In this document: piece by piece, positions 26,124 through 35,539 of the stretch
How positions within the stretch are numbered: the first letter of the stretch is position 1
Layout: each line of letters begins with the position of its first letter
DNA from: a virus
Lineage: Duplodnaviria > Caudoviricetes
DNA length: 64,000 nt
Virus record (IMG/VR): IMGVR_UViG_3300049012_000071
Span: 1-64,000 of that record
Strand: one strand, 5' to 3'
Notes under the pieces: generated by a model
The model's input: only the letters and a program-made list of their open reading frames with translations
Database searches by the model: none
Told to the model about the DNA's origin: nothing
Made by a program: the position numbers and the translations under genes

Positions 26124-27208
26124 GTGGCCTCCGCGCTGGCGAGCGCCGCGGACGGGACCGCCTCGACGCGCTTGAACTCGATCACCCAGACCCACGGATT
26201 GCTCGACCACGGCGCGCTCTCGCCGTTGATGCTGTTCCAGAGGATCGCGAATTCGTCGTAATAGGGCGAGCCGGTCGGATCGAAGTTCTCGTCCCGCCAC
26301 GAGCACGTGGGGAGGTGGTGCGGCCCGGGGTCCTCCTCGTCGCCCTGGCACGGGCACATCGGCGCGTCCTCGTGCAGCTGCACGCCCTCCGCCCGCGCGT
26401 CCTCCTCGCTGATGGTCCGGAGCCGCTGCACCCGCACGCCGGTGACCTCGAGCGTGATGCGCGAAGCCCAGCGTGGCGCGTTCGGCAGATCGGCCGTCGA
26501 TGGTGTCCCCCAGCGCTTTCCGCTCCTGATCTTGGAGATGGTAGGCTGCGTCACGCCGTGTCTACCCGCTAGCAAAGCCTGCGGTTCTGTCGATGACCGA
26601 ATCGCTTGCACGTCGGCCTTCGTAAGTCTCGAGCTAGAGGCTCGCTCGCCGTGGAACGATCCGGCGGCGACAGCGTCGCGTGAGTTCTGCGCCGGGCTGC
26701 CCCAGTCGAGGTTTTCAGGACGGTTGTTGCGCCTGTTCCCGTCCAGGTGCCTACATTGAGACGCCGACGTTGGCGGAGGTCCATAGAAGGCCTCGGCAAC
26801 AAGTCGATTCACTCGAAACGGTCTTTGGTCGCCGTTGTACCGAAGCGAGATCTCTTCGTAGCCATTATGGCTAAGGCGCGGACGCATACGCCGCGGCGAA
26901 ACACCATCTACGCGGTAGACGTGCCCGTCGTCGCCCACGCCGAATCTCCCAGCCCCGAACGCCACCGGCTTGATCGTTATGGCCCACAGCGCGTCCCCAG
27001 GTGCGCCGTGCGGGCACGAGTCCTGGTAGGCGCCGGAGTTGATCGACCACACGGCGATCGACTCCTTCTTGGTATGCCACACCCAGTCACCAAACCAGCC
27101 AGCGTCGCGAACCGGCTGCGGCGTCATGAGTCGTCGCAGCTGCGACTTCCGACCCGCGCTGATCGCGCGCGCCTCCCAGCCGGAGAGTAGGATAGGCCGC
27201 TCCTTCAT
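26120..27208 (-). CDS. ASCH-like phage protein with an in-frame NUMOD4/HNH endonuclease insert
   Basis: MKERPIL..GRKSQLRR..CPHGAPGDALW [insert] PRWASRITLEVTGVRVQRL..NPWVWVIEF; the insert has VNRLVAEAF..CRHLDGNRRNN..NL. Confidence 0.85.
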   Translation of the reverse strand: MKERPILLSGWEARAISAGRKSQLRRLMTPQPVRDAGWFGDWVWHTKKESIAVWSINSGAYQDSCPHGAPGDALWAITIKPVAFGAGRFGVGDDGHVYRVDGVSPRRMRPRLSHNGYEEISLRYNGDQRPFRVNRLVAEAFYGPPPTSASQCRHLDGNRRNNRPENLDWGSPAQNSRDAVAAGSFHGERASSSRLTKADVQAIRSSTEPQALLAGRHGVTQPTISKIRSGKRWGTPSTADLPNAPRWASRITLEVTGVRVQRLRTISEEDARAEGVQLHEDAPMCPCQGDEEDPGPHHLPTCSWRDENFDPTGSPYYDEFAILWNSINGESAPWSSNPWVWVIEFKRVEAVPSAALASAEAT

Positions 27209-27355
27209 CGCCGCCGCTCCACGTCGCCACCCACGGCCGAGCCGAGGCGGAAGAGCATTATCCAGACCAGCAACATCACCTCCGCCTCCTCTCCGCCACC
27301 GCCCCGAAGTCCGTCGCGACCAGCCACCCGAACAGCATCGCCAGCACCAGCCCGC

Positions 27356-27661
27356 TCATCCCGCCGCCTTCCTGCGCACCCGCACGCCAGAGCTCCCGAC
27401 CACCTCACCAGCCGCGTTGACCCGCGCCGACACGGCCTCGACCCAGACGCCCGGTGCCGCCTCGACGCGCTCGCCGGGGAGCATCCGCTCGGCGAGCTCG
27501 GCCCTGGCGCTGGCCGCCGCAGCCTCCGCGAGCACCAGGCGCCTCGCGACCACGTGGAGCGGCAGCGGCGGCTTGCGCTGCGGGCGTGCGCGGACGCCGG
27601 AGGGCTCGTCGGCGTCCCAGGCGAGATCGATGGCGGAGAGGTCGAGGGCGGGGGAGGTCAC
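27356..27661 (-). CDS. Hypothetical protein
   Basis: Coupled ORF. Confidence 0.5.
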   Translation of the reverse strand: MTSPALDLSAIDLAWDADEPSGVRARPQRKPPLPLHVVARRLVLAEAAAASARAELAERMLPGERVEAAPGVWVEAVSARVNAAGEVVGSSGVRVRRKAAG

Positions 27662-27822
27662 AGTGGAAGATCCTCGCCCGGCTCCTCGTCCCAGTCGGCC
27701 AGTTCATCATCGCGGTCGCCTGCTTCAGCCTGGCCGCTGCCACGGCACCAGAAGCAACGACCGTCCCAGCTTGCGTCATCGATCCCTGTCCCGTTGCACA
27801 AGTAGCAGTCGACGTAGTCCAT
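27658..27822 (-). CDS. Mini DnaJ-type Zn-finger protein
   Basis: CYLCNGTG...CFWCRGSG plus an acidic tail. Confidence 0.6.
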   Translation of the reverse strand: MDYVDCYLCNGTGIDDASWDGRCFWCRGSGQAEAGDRDDELADWDEEPGEDLPL

Positions 27823-28069
27823 GGATCGCGTGGTCTCCCAATGCGGCAAGGCCAGGGCCCTGCGGTCGCGGTGCCTCCTGGCCTGGCCTTCGTCGTCTTC
27901 GCCTACCCGTCGCTCTCGGGCACGACGGGCGCCCCGGTTTCTCGCGGAACCACCGGCAGGGCGCGGCGCATAGGCATCCTCCTCGGCATGGACTCGTGTC
28001 CTTTCAACGGCGCGAACCAGCCGCCTCCGGTTTGCCGGAGAGGGGCTGGCCAAGCGGCTCCGCGCGCGG

Positions 28070-28630
28070 TCAGAAGGGCACGTCGTCCATGCTGCCGTTC
28101 GCGTCGAACCCATCCGCGTGCTGCTCGTAGCTGCCGGCCGGAGCTCCACGGCCAGCGCCGCCTCCGTTCGAGTAGCCGCACGCATGGCCGCCGTTGCTCT
28201 GGCCGCCAGACGCCCACCCGGCGCGCAGCCTCGCGGCCCACCCGCGGGCGCGCGCGGCGTCCTTGCGGTTCATCGGGGCCGTCGGCCGCCCCTTGGCGTC
28301 CTTCTTCCCCTGCTCCTCGTCCTTGTCGGCCTGCCAGTCCTTGAACGAGGCGAGTACGTCCAGATACTCGGGCTCCGTCTCGCTGAGCTTGTAGCCGACG
28401 TAGCTCTGGCCATTCCAGCGCGGCGGGTCGCGCTTGATGCTAAAGTTGCCGTACTCGCTGTCGAGATCTCGGTCGTCGGCCACGCCACCACCGCCGCCGT
28501 TCCCGCGTGCCCCGGGCGCGGCGCCGTTGCTCCGCGCGCCGCCCGCCACGGCCGCCTTGATCTCGGCCACGTCGCGCTGGAGTTGGAGCAGCGCCGCGAG
28601 GATCTGCGCGTTGTACTGCTCCGGGCTCAT
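28070..28630 (-). CDS. Putative SSB-like protein
   Basis: Downstream of recT; Gly-rich linker and acidic tail MDDVPF; no canonical OB-fold motif recognised. Confidence 0.55.
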   Translation of the reverse strand: MSPEQYNAQILAALLQLQRDVAEIKAAVAGGARSNGAAPGARGNGGGGGVADDRDLDSEYGNFSIKRDPPRWNGQSYVGYKLSETEPEYLDVLASFKDWQADKDEEQGKKDAKGRPTAPMNRKDAARARGWAARLRAGWASGGQSNGGHACGYSNGGGAGRGAPAGSYEQHADGFDANGSMDDVPF

Positions 28631-29523
28631 GACTGACCCGCCCTCACCTGGAGGCGTTCACGCACGGCGTCGGAGCGGGAGGGCTCGGGGGCGGGCGCGC
28701 CAACGACCTCGCCCGTCTCCAGGTCTGCCACCTCGCCGATCACCTCCACGATGTCGGAGTAGTCCTGCGCCTGCCCGGACTCGGCCCGGTCGTCGATGTC
28801 GAGTGCCTTCGCGAAGCTCTTGTCCTGGCTCATCGGCGTCGTCTTCGAGAGACGGCGGATCGCCGTCTTCTTGCCCATCTCGACGTAGTGTTTGACCCAG
28901 GCATCCGCGTTCGCGCCGGGCGACGCTGCGCGGATCTCGTCCACCTCCGCCTTGGTCATGAAGGCGAAGTCGGTGCCGCCGCGCTTGAACTTCACCACGG
29001 CGTAGAAGCCTACGAGGTCGCCGCGGTCGCCCGTGACGCACGGCTTGTGGAACAGCCGCTTGTTCGTGCCGAGTTCGAGGTCCCAGGCGTCGTTCGTCCG
29101 GATCTCGTGTGCGTAGATACTCTCCACGTCACCGCTGTTGTAGGCCAGCTGGCAGAGGCCGCGGTACTCGACGACGAGCGTCGCTTCCTTCTTGCCCGTG
29201 CTCTTGTTCTTGAACGGCACGAGCGCGCACTGGTGCAAAGGCGTGTTGGGCTCCAAGCCCAGGGTGCCCGCCTGGACGACGGCCAGCAGGACCGACTCTT
29301 TGGTGCAGTCCAGCAGGTCCGGGTTCCTCGACGCGGCCGACGTGGCGATCTTGATGAGCCGCTCCGGCGTCAGGTGCTTCGGGAGCACCGCCGCGATGTT
29401 CGGTTTGGCCTTCTCGAAAAGCTCCTTCAGCGTGTTGAGCCGCGCCTGCGGCCCCTTCACCACCGCCTGGCTCTGGCCGTTGCCGTTCGTCGTCGTCATG
29501 TTCGCCGGTGCCTGATTCGCCAT
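28627..29523 (-). CDS. recT: RecT ssDNA-annealing protein
   Basis: LPKHLTPERL, LGLEPN, LVPFKN, EYRGL, W..HYVEMGKKTAIRRL. Confidence 0.93.
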   Translation of the reverse strand: MANQAPANMTTTNGNGQSQAVVKGPQARLNTLKELFEKAKPNIAAVLPKHLTPERLIKIATSAASRNPDLLDCTKESVLLAVVQAGTLGLEPNTPLHQCALVPFKNKSTGKKEATLVVEYRGLCQLAYNSGDVESIYAHEIRTNDAWDLELGTNKRLFHKPCVTGDRGDLVGFYAVVKFKRGGTDFAFMTKAEVDEIRAASPGANADAWVKHYVEMGKKTAIRRLSKTTPMSQDKSFAKALDIDDRAESGQAQDYSDIVEVIGEVADLETGEVVGAPAPEPSRSDAVRERLQVRAGQS

Positions 29524-29537
29524 CTCGTCCTCCGCGC

Positions 29538-30392
29538 CTACGCGGCGCGCTCCTTCCTCGGGTACGTGCGCAGCGTGCGCACGCCGTTCTTTGCAGACTT
29601 CCAAGTCGCGCGACCCCATGACCCCTCAATCCCCACGGCGTCGCCGATTGCCTCCCGCAACTTGTTCGCGGCCAGCTTCTTCCGGTCGGTCCAGCGCTCG
29701 ATCTCCGCGTCTGCCGCCTCGTGCTCCTGGAACCAGCGCTCAGCCTCGGGCGGCGCCGGCTTCAGCGGCGCGTAGCTCGTCGGGTAGAGCGCGAGCAGCG
29801 TCTGGCGCGCCTCCTCGGTCTCGTCAACCGGCGGCGGCTCGCCGTCGAGCACGCGTTGCCAGAAGCGCTGGCCGATCCGGAACATAGCATCGATTATCGC
29901 GTTGTCTCGGGTGAACTCGTAGATTCTGAACTCTGACGTTGCGCCGAAAATAACGGCGCAGTCGGCGCGGTTGATGCCGCGAACGAACATCTGCCACGCC
30001 ATCTGGAGAGCGACGTAGATCGGGGCCCCATCCGCATCCATCGACCAGTGCGCCATAGGCCGCATCCCGACCCACTTGCACTCGACGATGCGGGCGCCGT
30101 CGGCATGCTCGTAATCGGTCGTCGCGAGCGCCCACGGGTGCTCCGGATGCGCGACCGTGCCGGGCCCAGGCACGATGGTGACGCCCATCTCCTGCGCGTA
30201 CCGGCGGGCGATGATGGGCTCCATCTGATCGCCGAGCCACGTGGCGTCGGTCGGCTCCTGCGGCTCGACGAGTCCGCGCTTCTCCAGCCAAACGCTGTGC
30301 GCGTTCTTGTATGGGTGCTCGCCGGCGACGGCGGCAACGTCCGAACTTCCCAATCCGGCGGCGCGCCGCGCGCGCTGCTCTTCAGTCAGCAT
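29538..30392 (-). CDS. YqaJ-type 5'-3' exonuclease (RecE partner)
   Basis: R..GLGSSDVAAV, HPEHPWALATTD, VECK, QMAWQMFV. Confidence 0.9.
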   Translation of the reverse strand: MLTEEQRARRAAGLGSSDVAAVAGEHPYKNAHSVWLEKRGLVEPQEPTDATWLGDQMEPIIARRYAQEMGVTIVPGPGTVAHPEHPWALATTDYEHADGARIVECKWVGMRPMAHWSMDADGAPIYVALQMAWQMFVRGINRADCAVIFGATSEFRIYEFTRDNAIIDAMFRIGQRFWQRVLDGEPPPVDETEEARQTLLALYPTSYAPLKPAPPEAERWFQEHEAADAEIERWTDRKKLAANKLREAIGDAVGIEGSWGRATWKSAKNGVRTLRTYPRKERAA

Positions 30393-31106
30393 CTACTCCT
30401 CCAGCAAAAACCGTTTCCGGTCGAACCGCTCATGCTCGACGATCGGCCGCAGACCTGGCGTGCGCTCGAACAGCGCGACCAGCGAGCCAGCGCTCTGCCG
30501 GTACCCCTCCACGCTCAGCCGCCCGGCCACGTACTCCTTGCGCAGCCAGATGCCTGCAAGCTGCCCGGCGTCCTGTACGTTGTACTCTCGCAGCACCTGC
30601 CACTGGCCGGCTTCGACCAGCGCCGCGACGTCGCCGCCGTCCACGCCCATCTTCCCAGGCAGGCCGCAGCGCCGGGCCCACGCGTCCTGTCGCCCGGGCC
30701 GACCGGCCTTGTACTGCGACAGCGTGTCCTGGAGGTCCTCGCTCCCCTCCGTGCCGTAGCGGTAGGTCACCTCTCGGCTGAACAGCCACGGGATCTGGAT
30801 GCCGTGCTCCATCGCCGCGGCGACGATGACGCGCAGGTCGAAGCCGTCGCCGTTGTAGGTGAGAAGCCGGGGCTTCTTCGCGAGCGTCTTCGCCAGCTGC
30901 TCCAGGATCTCGTGCTCGTCGGCGCTGCTGCTGAAGGCGCCGGCGCGCGTGGCCTCGTACCAACCATCCCGCTCCTCCAGCACCACCCCCGCCGCCGCGA
31001 CGATCCGGTGATGCGGCGCCGCGGGGCACCGGTCCTCCTCGACGTCCTTGTCGCTCGGCGGCACGTCCGGGTGCCGGATGGTCTCGATGTCGAGGGAGAG
31101 AATCAC
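30393..31106 (-). CDS. PolB-related DEDD 3'-5' exonuclease
   Basis: LDIET, TYNGDGFDL, GLPGKMGVDG, EYNVQD. Confidence 0.85.
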   Translation of the reverse strand: MILSLDIETIRHPDVPPSDKDVEEDRCPAAPHHRIVAAAGVVLEERDGWYEATRAGAFSSSADEHEILEQLAKTLAKKPRLLTYNGDGFDLRVIVAAAMEHGIQIPWLFSREVTYRYGTEGSEDLQDTLSQYKAGRPGRQDAWARRCGLPGKMGVDGGDVAALVEAGQWQVLREYNVQDAGQLAGIWLRKEYVAGRLSVEGYRQSAGSLVALFERTPGLRPIVEHERFDRKRFLLEE

Positions 31107-31537
31107 GCCGCGCTCCGCACCAGCGGCGCCCTCTGCGCCCGCAGGCTCCGCACCGCGCTAACCACCTGGTTGTCGTCGATGCCGTCGCCTTGCTCGACCC
31201 CGGCAGCGTCGGCGACTTGGGCCAGCGTGGCGCCGCGCCGCATGAGCGCGTTGAACAGGTCGCGCGCGCCAGTTCGCTCCTCGGCCAGCTCTTCTCGCAG
31301 CCTCCGGATCAGGTTTGCCGCGCATCGCGCCGCGTGCGGGCTCGGCTCGTCCTCGGGCTCCCCGCGGAGTTCCCGCCGGAGGATGTCCTGCATGTCCATC
31401 TCCTGGAGCTCGATATGCCGGTTCCGCGCGCGCAGACTCCATAGTTCCTGCTCCATCTCCCGGGCGCTCTCCGGCATGAACGATGCGCGCGACGACCATG
31501 AGAGCCTAAAACGACCGATGCGAATATCGATGTCCAT
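31103..31537 (-). CDS. Coiled-coil hypothetical protein
   Basis: GAGGAGG RBS. Confidence 0.55.
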   Translation of the reverse strand: MDIDIRIGRFRLSWSSRASFMPESAREMEQELWSLRARNRHIELQEMDMQDILRRELRGEPEDEPSPHAARCAANLIRRLREELAEERTGARDLFNALMRRGATLAQVADAAGVEQGDGIDDNQVVSAVRSLRAQRAPLVRSAA

Positions 31538-31547
31538 CACATCCTCC

Positions 31548-31763
31548 TCAAGCCAGCCCCACTTCCGCCACCCGATACACACCGACCATCCCATTCCACG
31601 CGAGTCCCGCGCGCAGGCAGAGCGCCGCCTGAGGCACCACGCCGCCCACGCAGCCGGGCGCCTCGCAGTCGACCGTTCGGCTGGCTCGCCACCTCGCGGC
31701 GCGGAGCTCCTCGACGACACGACCGACGCCGCGGCAGCAGGGGCAGTGCTGGGCGGCGGTCAT
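31548..31763 (-). CDS. Small Zn-finger protein
   Basis: CPCCRGVG...CEAPGCVGG. Confidence 0.5.
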   Translation of the reverse strand: MTAAQHCPCCRGVGRVVEELRAARWRASRTVDCEAPGCVGGVVPQAALCLRAGLAWNGMVGVYRVAEVGLA

Positions 31764-32083
31764 CGCAGCCCCGCCGATGCAGCGAACCGGAGCCGCAGCG
31801 CTTCCGTCTTCCGAAGCTCCCTGTCGACCGTCTTGACCAGCGGCGCGTGGTACGCCGGGCCGTGGACCGTCTTGACCTCCACCACGTAGCGATCGCTGCC
31901 CGCCACGTCCTGCGCATGCACGCGCTGCACCTTGCGACCGGCTGCCGCGATCGCCGCGCGGAGCGACTGGCCCGCGGGCAGGATCGCGAGGACGCGCCCG
32001 CGCTTCGCGTCCTGCAAGGCGCCGACGCCGCTGGACCACTCGAGCGGGTCGCCAGGGCGCTTCAGCGGGGAGGGGGAGGTCAT
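31760..32083 (-). CDS. Hypothetical protein
   Basis: Coupled ORF. Confidence 0.55.
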   Translation of the reverse strand: MTSPSPLKRPGDPLEWSSGVGALQDAKRGRVLAILPAGQSLRAAIAAAGRKVQRVHAQDVAGSDRYVVEVKTVHGPAYHAPLVKTVDRELRKTEALRLRFAASAGLR

Positions 32084-32928
32084 CGCCGCGCCTCGGTGCT
32101 GCACGCCTGCACGACGGCCTCGAGTTCGTCGGCGGCCTTGAGGACAATGATGCCGTATGAGTTCCAGCGCTCTTGTCCCGCGCGCATCCTCGCGATGAAT
32201 GGCCAGACGCTTTCGCCATCTCTCGCGGCGCGGATCGCCCGACGGAGCAATCCCATCGCGCGGCTCAGAGCATTGGACTCGTCCCTGTTGATGTTATCCG
32301 CCCACCGTCCAGCGTACTCCTGCACCAGCGCGCGGATGCGGCCGGCGAGGTCGGAGGGCTGCGTCGGGTACACAGTCACCCGCGCCGCCCGTTGCCCCTC
32401 CTCGTACGCCAGCGCGATCGCGTCCTCGATGTCCGACAGCGCGCGGTCGCAGCCCACCAACGCGAGCGCTTGCTGCACATCGTAGCCCATCGATGCGGCG
32501 GGCCGCGTAGCTCGCTCCGCCTTCGCGCCCTCGGCGCGGCTCTGCTCGATGAGGCGAGTCAGCCAGCCCACCGCGTCGTCATGGGCGGCTTTGTAGGTGT
32601 CTTCCTCGTTCATGCACGCCAGAGCGCGCCTATCGTCGCCGTATTTGAGCAGGGCGAACCAGCAAAAGCGCTCCTCCTCGTCCACCCGGACGATCATCTC
32701 CCGCGCGATCTCCTCGGCGGGGCGGAGCGGGCTGGCGGAAGCGGCGGCGGGCGACGGCTGCTCAATCGGCCAGCGGTGATAGACGGGCCGCCCGGCGCCC
32801 ATATCGATGCCTACCGCCAGATGGTGACCGTCGAAGTGCGCCGTGCAGAGGCCGTGGACGGATCCGGCTCGGCAGCCGGCGCCGTCACCGATCAGGTACT
32901 CCGTGTTGCCGCGCTTCTCGATGCGCAT
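32080..32928 (-). CDS. Hypothetical protein
   Basis: Coupled ORF. Confidence 0.55.
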   Translation of the reverse strand: MRIEKRGNTEYLIGDGAGCRAGSVHGLCTAHFDGHHLAVGIDMGAGRPVYHRWPIEQPSPAAASASPLRPAEEIAREMIVRVDEEERFCWFALLKYGDDRRALACMNEEDTYKAAHDDAVGWLTRLIEQSRAEGAKAERATRPAASMGYDVQQALALVGCDRALSDIEDAIALAYEEGQRAARVTVYPTQPSDLAGRIRALVQEYAGRWADNINRDESNALSRAMGLLRRAIRAARDGESVWPFIARMRAGQERWNSYGIIVLKAADELEAVVQACSTEARR

Positions 32929-33119
32929 CACGTCCACCCGTCCTCCTCCATCTGCTCGCCACCATCGACGCCCGCGTCGGCGCAGACGCCGACGTTGCAT
33001 GCCTCGTGGCATGAATCGCGCAGCACGCCGCAGTCGCTGTGGCAGTCGCCACATGTCTGCGGCTCGTCGCTGATGCACGCCGCGAGCAGCAGTGCCGCAA
33101 CCATCAGAATCGCCTTCAT
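32928..33119 (-). CDS. Small Cys-rich lipoprotein
   Basis: MKAILMVAALLLAAC lipobox, six further Cys, DAGVDGG. Confidence 0.7.
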   Translation of the reverse strand: MKAILMVAALLLAACISDEPQTCGDCHSDCGVLRDSCHEACNVGVCADAGVDGGEQMEEDGWT

Positions 33120-33135
33120 GCTCCCACTCCCGTCT

Positions 33136-33771
33136 TCAGAACATCCCCACCTTATCGTCGCGCTCGAAGCGCATCCCGCGGCCCCACGCGGCGCACGCAC
33201 CCGACAGCATCGCGATTGCCTGCTGTTCGGTGGCGTAGATCCCCTGGATGCCCATCGTCGACCGGTCCTCGTCCTCGGCGCAGATGACCGAGATGTGCCG
33301 CGACTCGTCTGCGGGCTCGATGGTGAACACCACCCGGCCGGCGCAGGACCACGACAGGACGTCGTACTTCTCCCCGGCGACCTCGAACCCGGCGCGAAAC
33401 CCGCGATGCTCCGCCGCGCGAACCTGCGGCTGAAGCCCACCGAACCACACCAGGCGCTCAAACTCCTTCGCGGCGCGCTGGACGGCCTCGGTGGAGGTCC
33501 ACGCGCGCGCCAGTGCATCGCGCGCCACCGGGTCCAGCACGCGCTCCCCGTACTCGCGCCGCACGTTCTCGATGCTCGCCCTGATCATGAACGTCGTGGT
33601 CAGGATGCCGGTCTCGATGTACTCCCGCAGCCGCTGCGCATCGTCGCAGTTGAAACATATTGCCTCGATGCGCTCGTTGCCGCGCCTCCGCTCTGACCAC
33701 CCGCGCTCCAAGCTCGCGCGGCATCGGTCGCAGTTCGTCGGATCCGGAAGCTTTGCCGTAGATACGCCCAT
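33136..33771 (-). CDS. Zn-finger hypothetical protein
   Basis: CDRC...CFNC; GAGG RBS. Confidence 0.6.
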   Translation of the reverse strand: MGVSTAKLPDPTNCDRCRASLERGWSERRRGNERIEAICFNCDDAQRLREYIETGILTTTFMIRASIENVRREYGERVLDPVARDALARAWTSTEAVQRAAKEFERLVWFGGLQPQVRAAEHRGFRAGFEVAGEKYDVLSWSCAGRVVFTIEPADESRHISVICAEDEDRSTMGIQGIYATEQQAIAMLSGACAAWGRGMRFERDDKVGMF

Positions 33772-33782
33772 CGCCTCTCTCC

Positions 33783-34049
33783 TCACGCCGCCATCCGCTC
33801 CCCCCGCTGCTCATCCAGCCGCCGCATCACCCGCGCCCGCTCCAGCAGTGCGTTCGCCTCGGCCTGCTCCTCAGCGGTGAACGCGCCGGCCCAGTCGTCG
33901 CCAGTTCGCGTGTCGACCAGCCGCGGCGTCTCGCCTTCGGCCAGCTCGACCACCGCGACGGCGTAGAGCTCGACCCGGCACGTCACCAGCCGGCCGGCGC
34001 GCGTCGTCGCCACACGGCTGACCCACATCAGGCAGGCGACGCGGGTCAC
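33783..34049 (-). CDS. Hypothetical protein
   Basis: Coupled GTG start. Confidence 0.5.
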   Translation of the reverse strand: MTRVACLMWVSRVATTRAGRLVTCRVELYAVAVVELAEGETPRLVDTRTGDDWAGAFTAEEQAEANALLERARVMRRLDEQRGERMAA

Positions 34050-34222
34050 GGCTGCTCCGCCCTGCGCAGGGCCACCCGCGCCGCCATGGCTTTGGCCAGC
34101 GCCGTCTCGGCGGCGAGATGCGCCGCGAGCGCCCCGAGCCACGCCACGCTGCACACGAGCCCCAGAGCCTTCCGCCCCAGGGTCACCACACCAGAATCAC
34201 GCTTTGCCCCCATGAGTGCCTC

Positions 34223-34627
34223 CTACTCCGCCGCCATCGGCTCATCGCCGAGCGTCTCCCCGACGCCCGGCTCGTCCAACCCATCGATCGGCAGCCATTC
34301 CATCGCCTCGTTCAAGCCCGGCTCGTCCAGTCCCATCACCGCCTCGCGCTTCCGCGCCATCGCCGCGCCGATCTCGCCCTCCAGCCGGAGCACCTCGGCG
34401 TAGAGCGCGGCCGCATCGACGCTCTCGACCAGCACGCCGGGGTCGCCTCCTTCCTCACGCAGCCTCGCCGCGAGCCGAACGACTCGGCCGCTCAGGTACG
34501 CAGGGTCCTGCATGACGCCGCGCAGGCTGAGGCGCAGCGCGCGCCGGACGTCGCCGATGCCGTCGATGAGCGCCGCGTCGCGGGCGGCGTCTGGGTCGCC
34601 GAATCCGGCGGTGCCGGAGCGGTTCAT
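34223..34627 (-). CDS. Hypothetical protein
   Basis: Coupled ATG start. Confidence 0.55.
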   Translation of the reverse strand: MNRSGTAGFGDPDAARDAALIDGIGDVRRALRLSLRGVMQDPAYLSGRVVRLAARLREEGGDPGVLVESVDAAALYAEVLRLEGEIGAAMARKREAVMGLDEPGLNEAMEWLPIDGLDEPGVGETLGDEPMAAE

Positions 34628-35013
34628 GCTGCCCTCGCGTCGGTGAAGAGCACCCCGCTCTGGTCGCACGCGCTGCACCCGAACGAGGCACACGCCTCGC
34701 AAGACTCCTTCGCCGGCTCGTCCTCCGGGAGCTCCCGCAGCACCTCGCGCAGGCCGAGCATCAGCTCGTAAGCCTGCCGCCATGCCGCGCGGCGCTCCGG
34801 GGACACAGCCGAGCTGCTGGCGAGCCGCGCGTCGAGGATCAAGCCGCCCGTGCCGTCGAGCCCGGCCAGCGCGCAGAGCCACGTTGCAACGGCGCCGGGC
34901 TCCGAGAGATGCGGGAGGGCGCGCACGCCGCGGACAACGTGATCGCCGAGGCCAGCCGTCGCCGTCGACAGCGCAGCGAGGAGGGCAGAGCGGAACGTCT
35001 CGAATGCGCCCAT
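34624..35013 (-). CDS. Hypothetical protein with C-terminal CxxC pairs
   Basis: CEACASFGCSACDQSG. Confidence 0.55.
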   Translation of the reverse strand: MGAFETFRSALLAALSTATAGLGDHVVRGVRALPHLSEPGAVATWLCALAGLDGTGGLILDARLASSSAVSPERRAAWRQAYELMLGLREVLRELPEDEPAKESCEACASFGCSACDQSGVLFTDARAA

Positions 35014-35014
35014 G

Positions 35015-35539
35015 TCAGCACCTCACCGTCGGCACGTCATCCCACCACTGCACCGAGGCCGGCGGCTCCGTGTCCGCGCCGCAACAAGCCATCTCCCCGA
35101 GCTCCACCTCGCCAGACGGCGGCAGCGTGTCGCCCGTGGCATCGCGCGCGGCGCGGAGCTCCGTGGCCAAGTCGTCCCCGTCGTCGGAGGGCGGGGGATG
35201 GATGACCGGCGTGTGGCGCGGCGTTGACGCCGGGGAGGCGTCTAGAGCCTCGTCGAGCGCCAGCAGCTCTCCGAGTCGCTCGATCAGCTCCCCCGACTCC
35301 TCCGTCCAGTCGGCGCGCCACGTCTCCTCGTCGAGAAGCGACGCGAGCCGCCACCGGATCCACGGGGGAGCGCCGCACGCCTCGGCGAGGCGCTCCAGGG
35401 CCGCAATCGTCTCCCGGCGGTGGGTGTCGACGAGGTACTCCGGGCCGCGCCAGACGACGCCTGAGAGCTTCGCCGCCGCGAGTACGGCCGTCGCGAAGGC
35501 GCTGTGGCCGGAGAGGGGGATGGCAACGGCGGCGCTCAC
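35015..35539 (-). CDS. Hypothetical protein
   Basis: Coupled GTG start. Confidence 0.55.
   Translation of the reverse strand: MSAAVAIPLSGHSAFATAVLAAAKLSGVVWRGPEYLVDTHRRETIAALERLAEACGAPPWIRWRLASLLDEETWRADWTEESGELIERLGELLALDEALDASPASTPRHTPVIHPPPSDDGDDLATELRAARDATGDTLPPSGEVELGEMACCGADTEPPASVQWWDDVPTVRC

Noticed and set aside
26480-26983. Intein
   Set aside because: No N-terminal Cys/Ser block or terminal His-Asn; too short for a Hint domain plus HNH.
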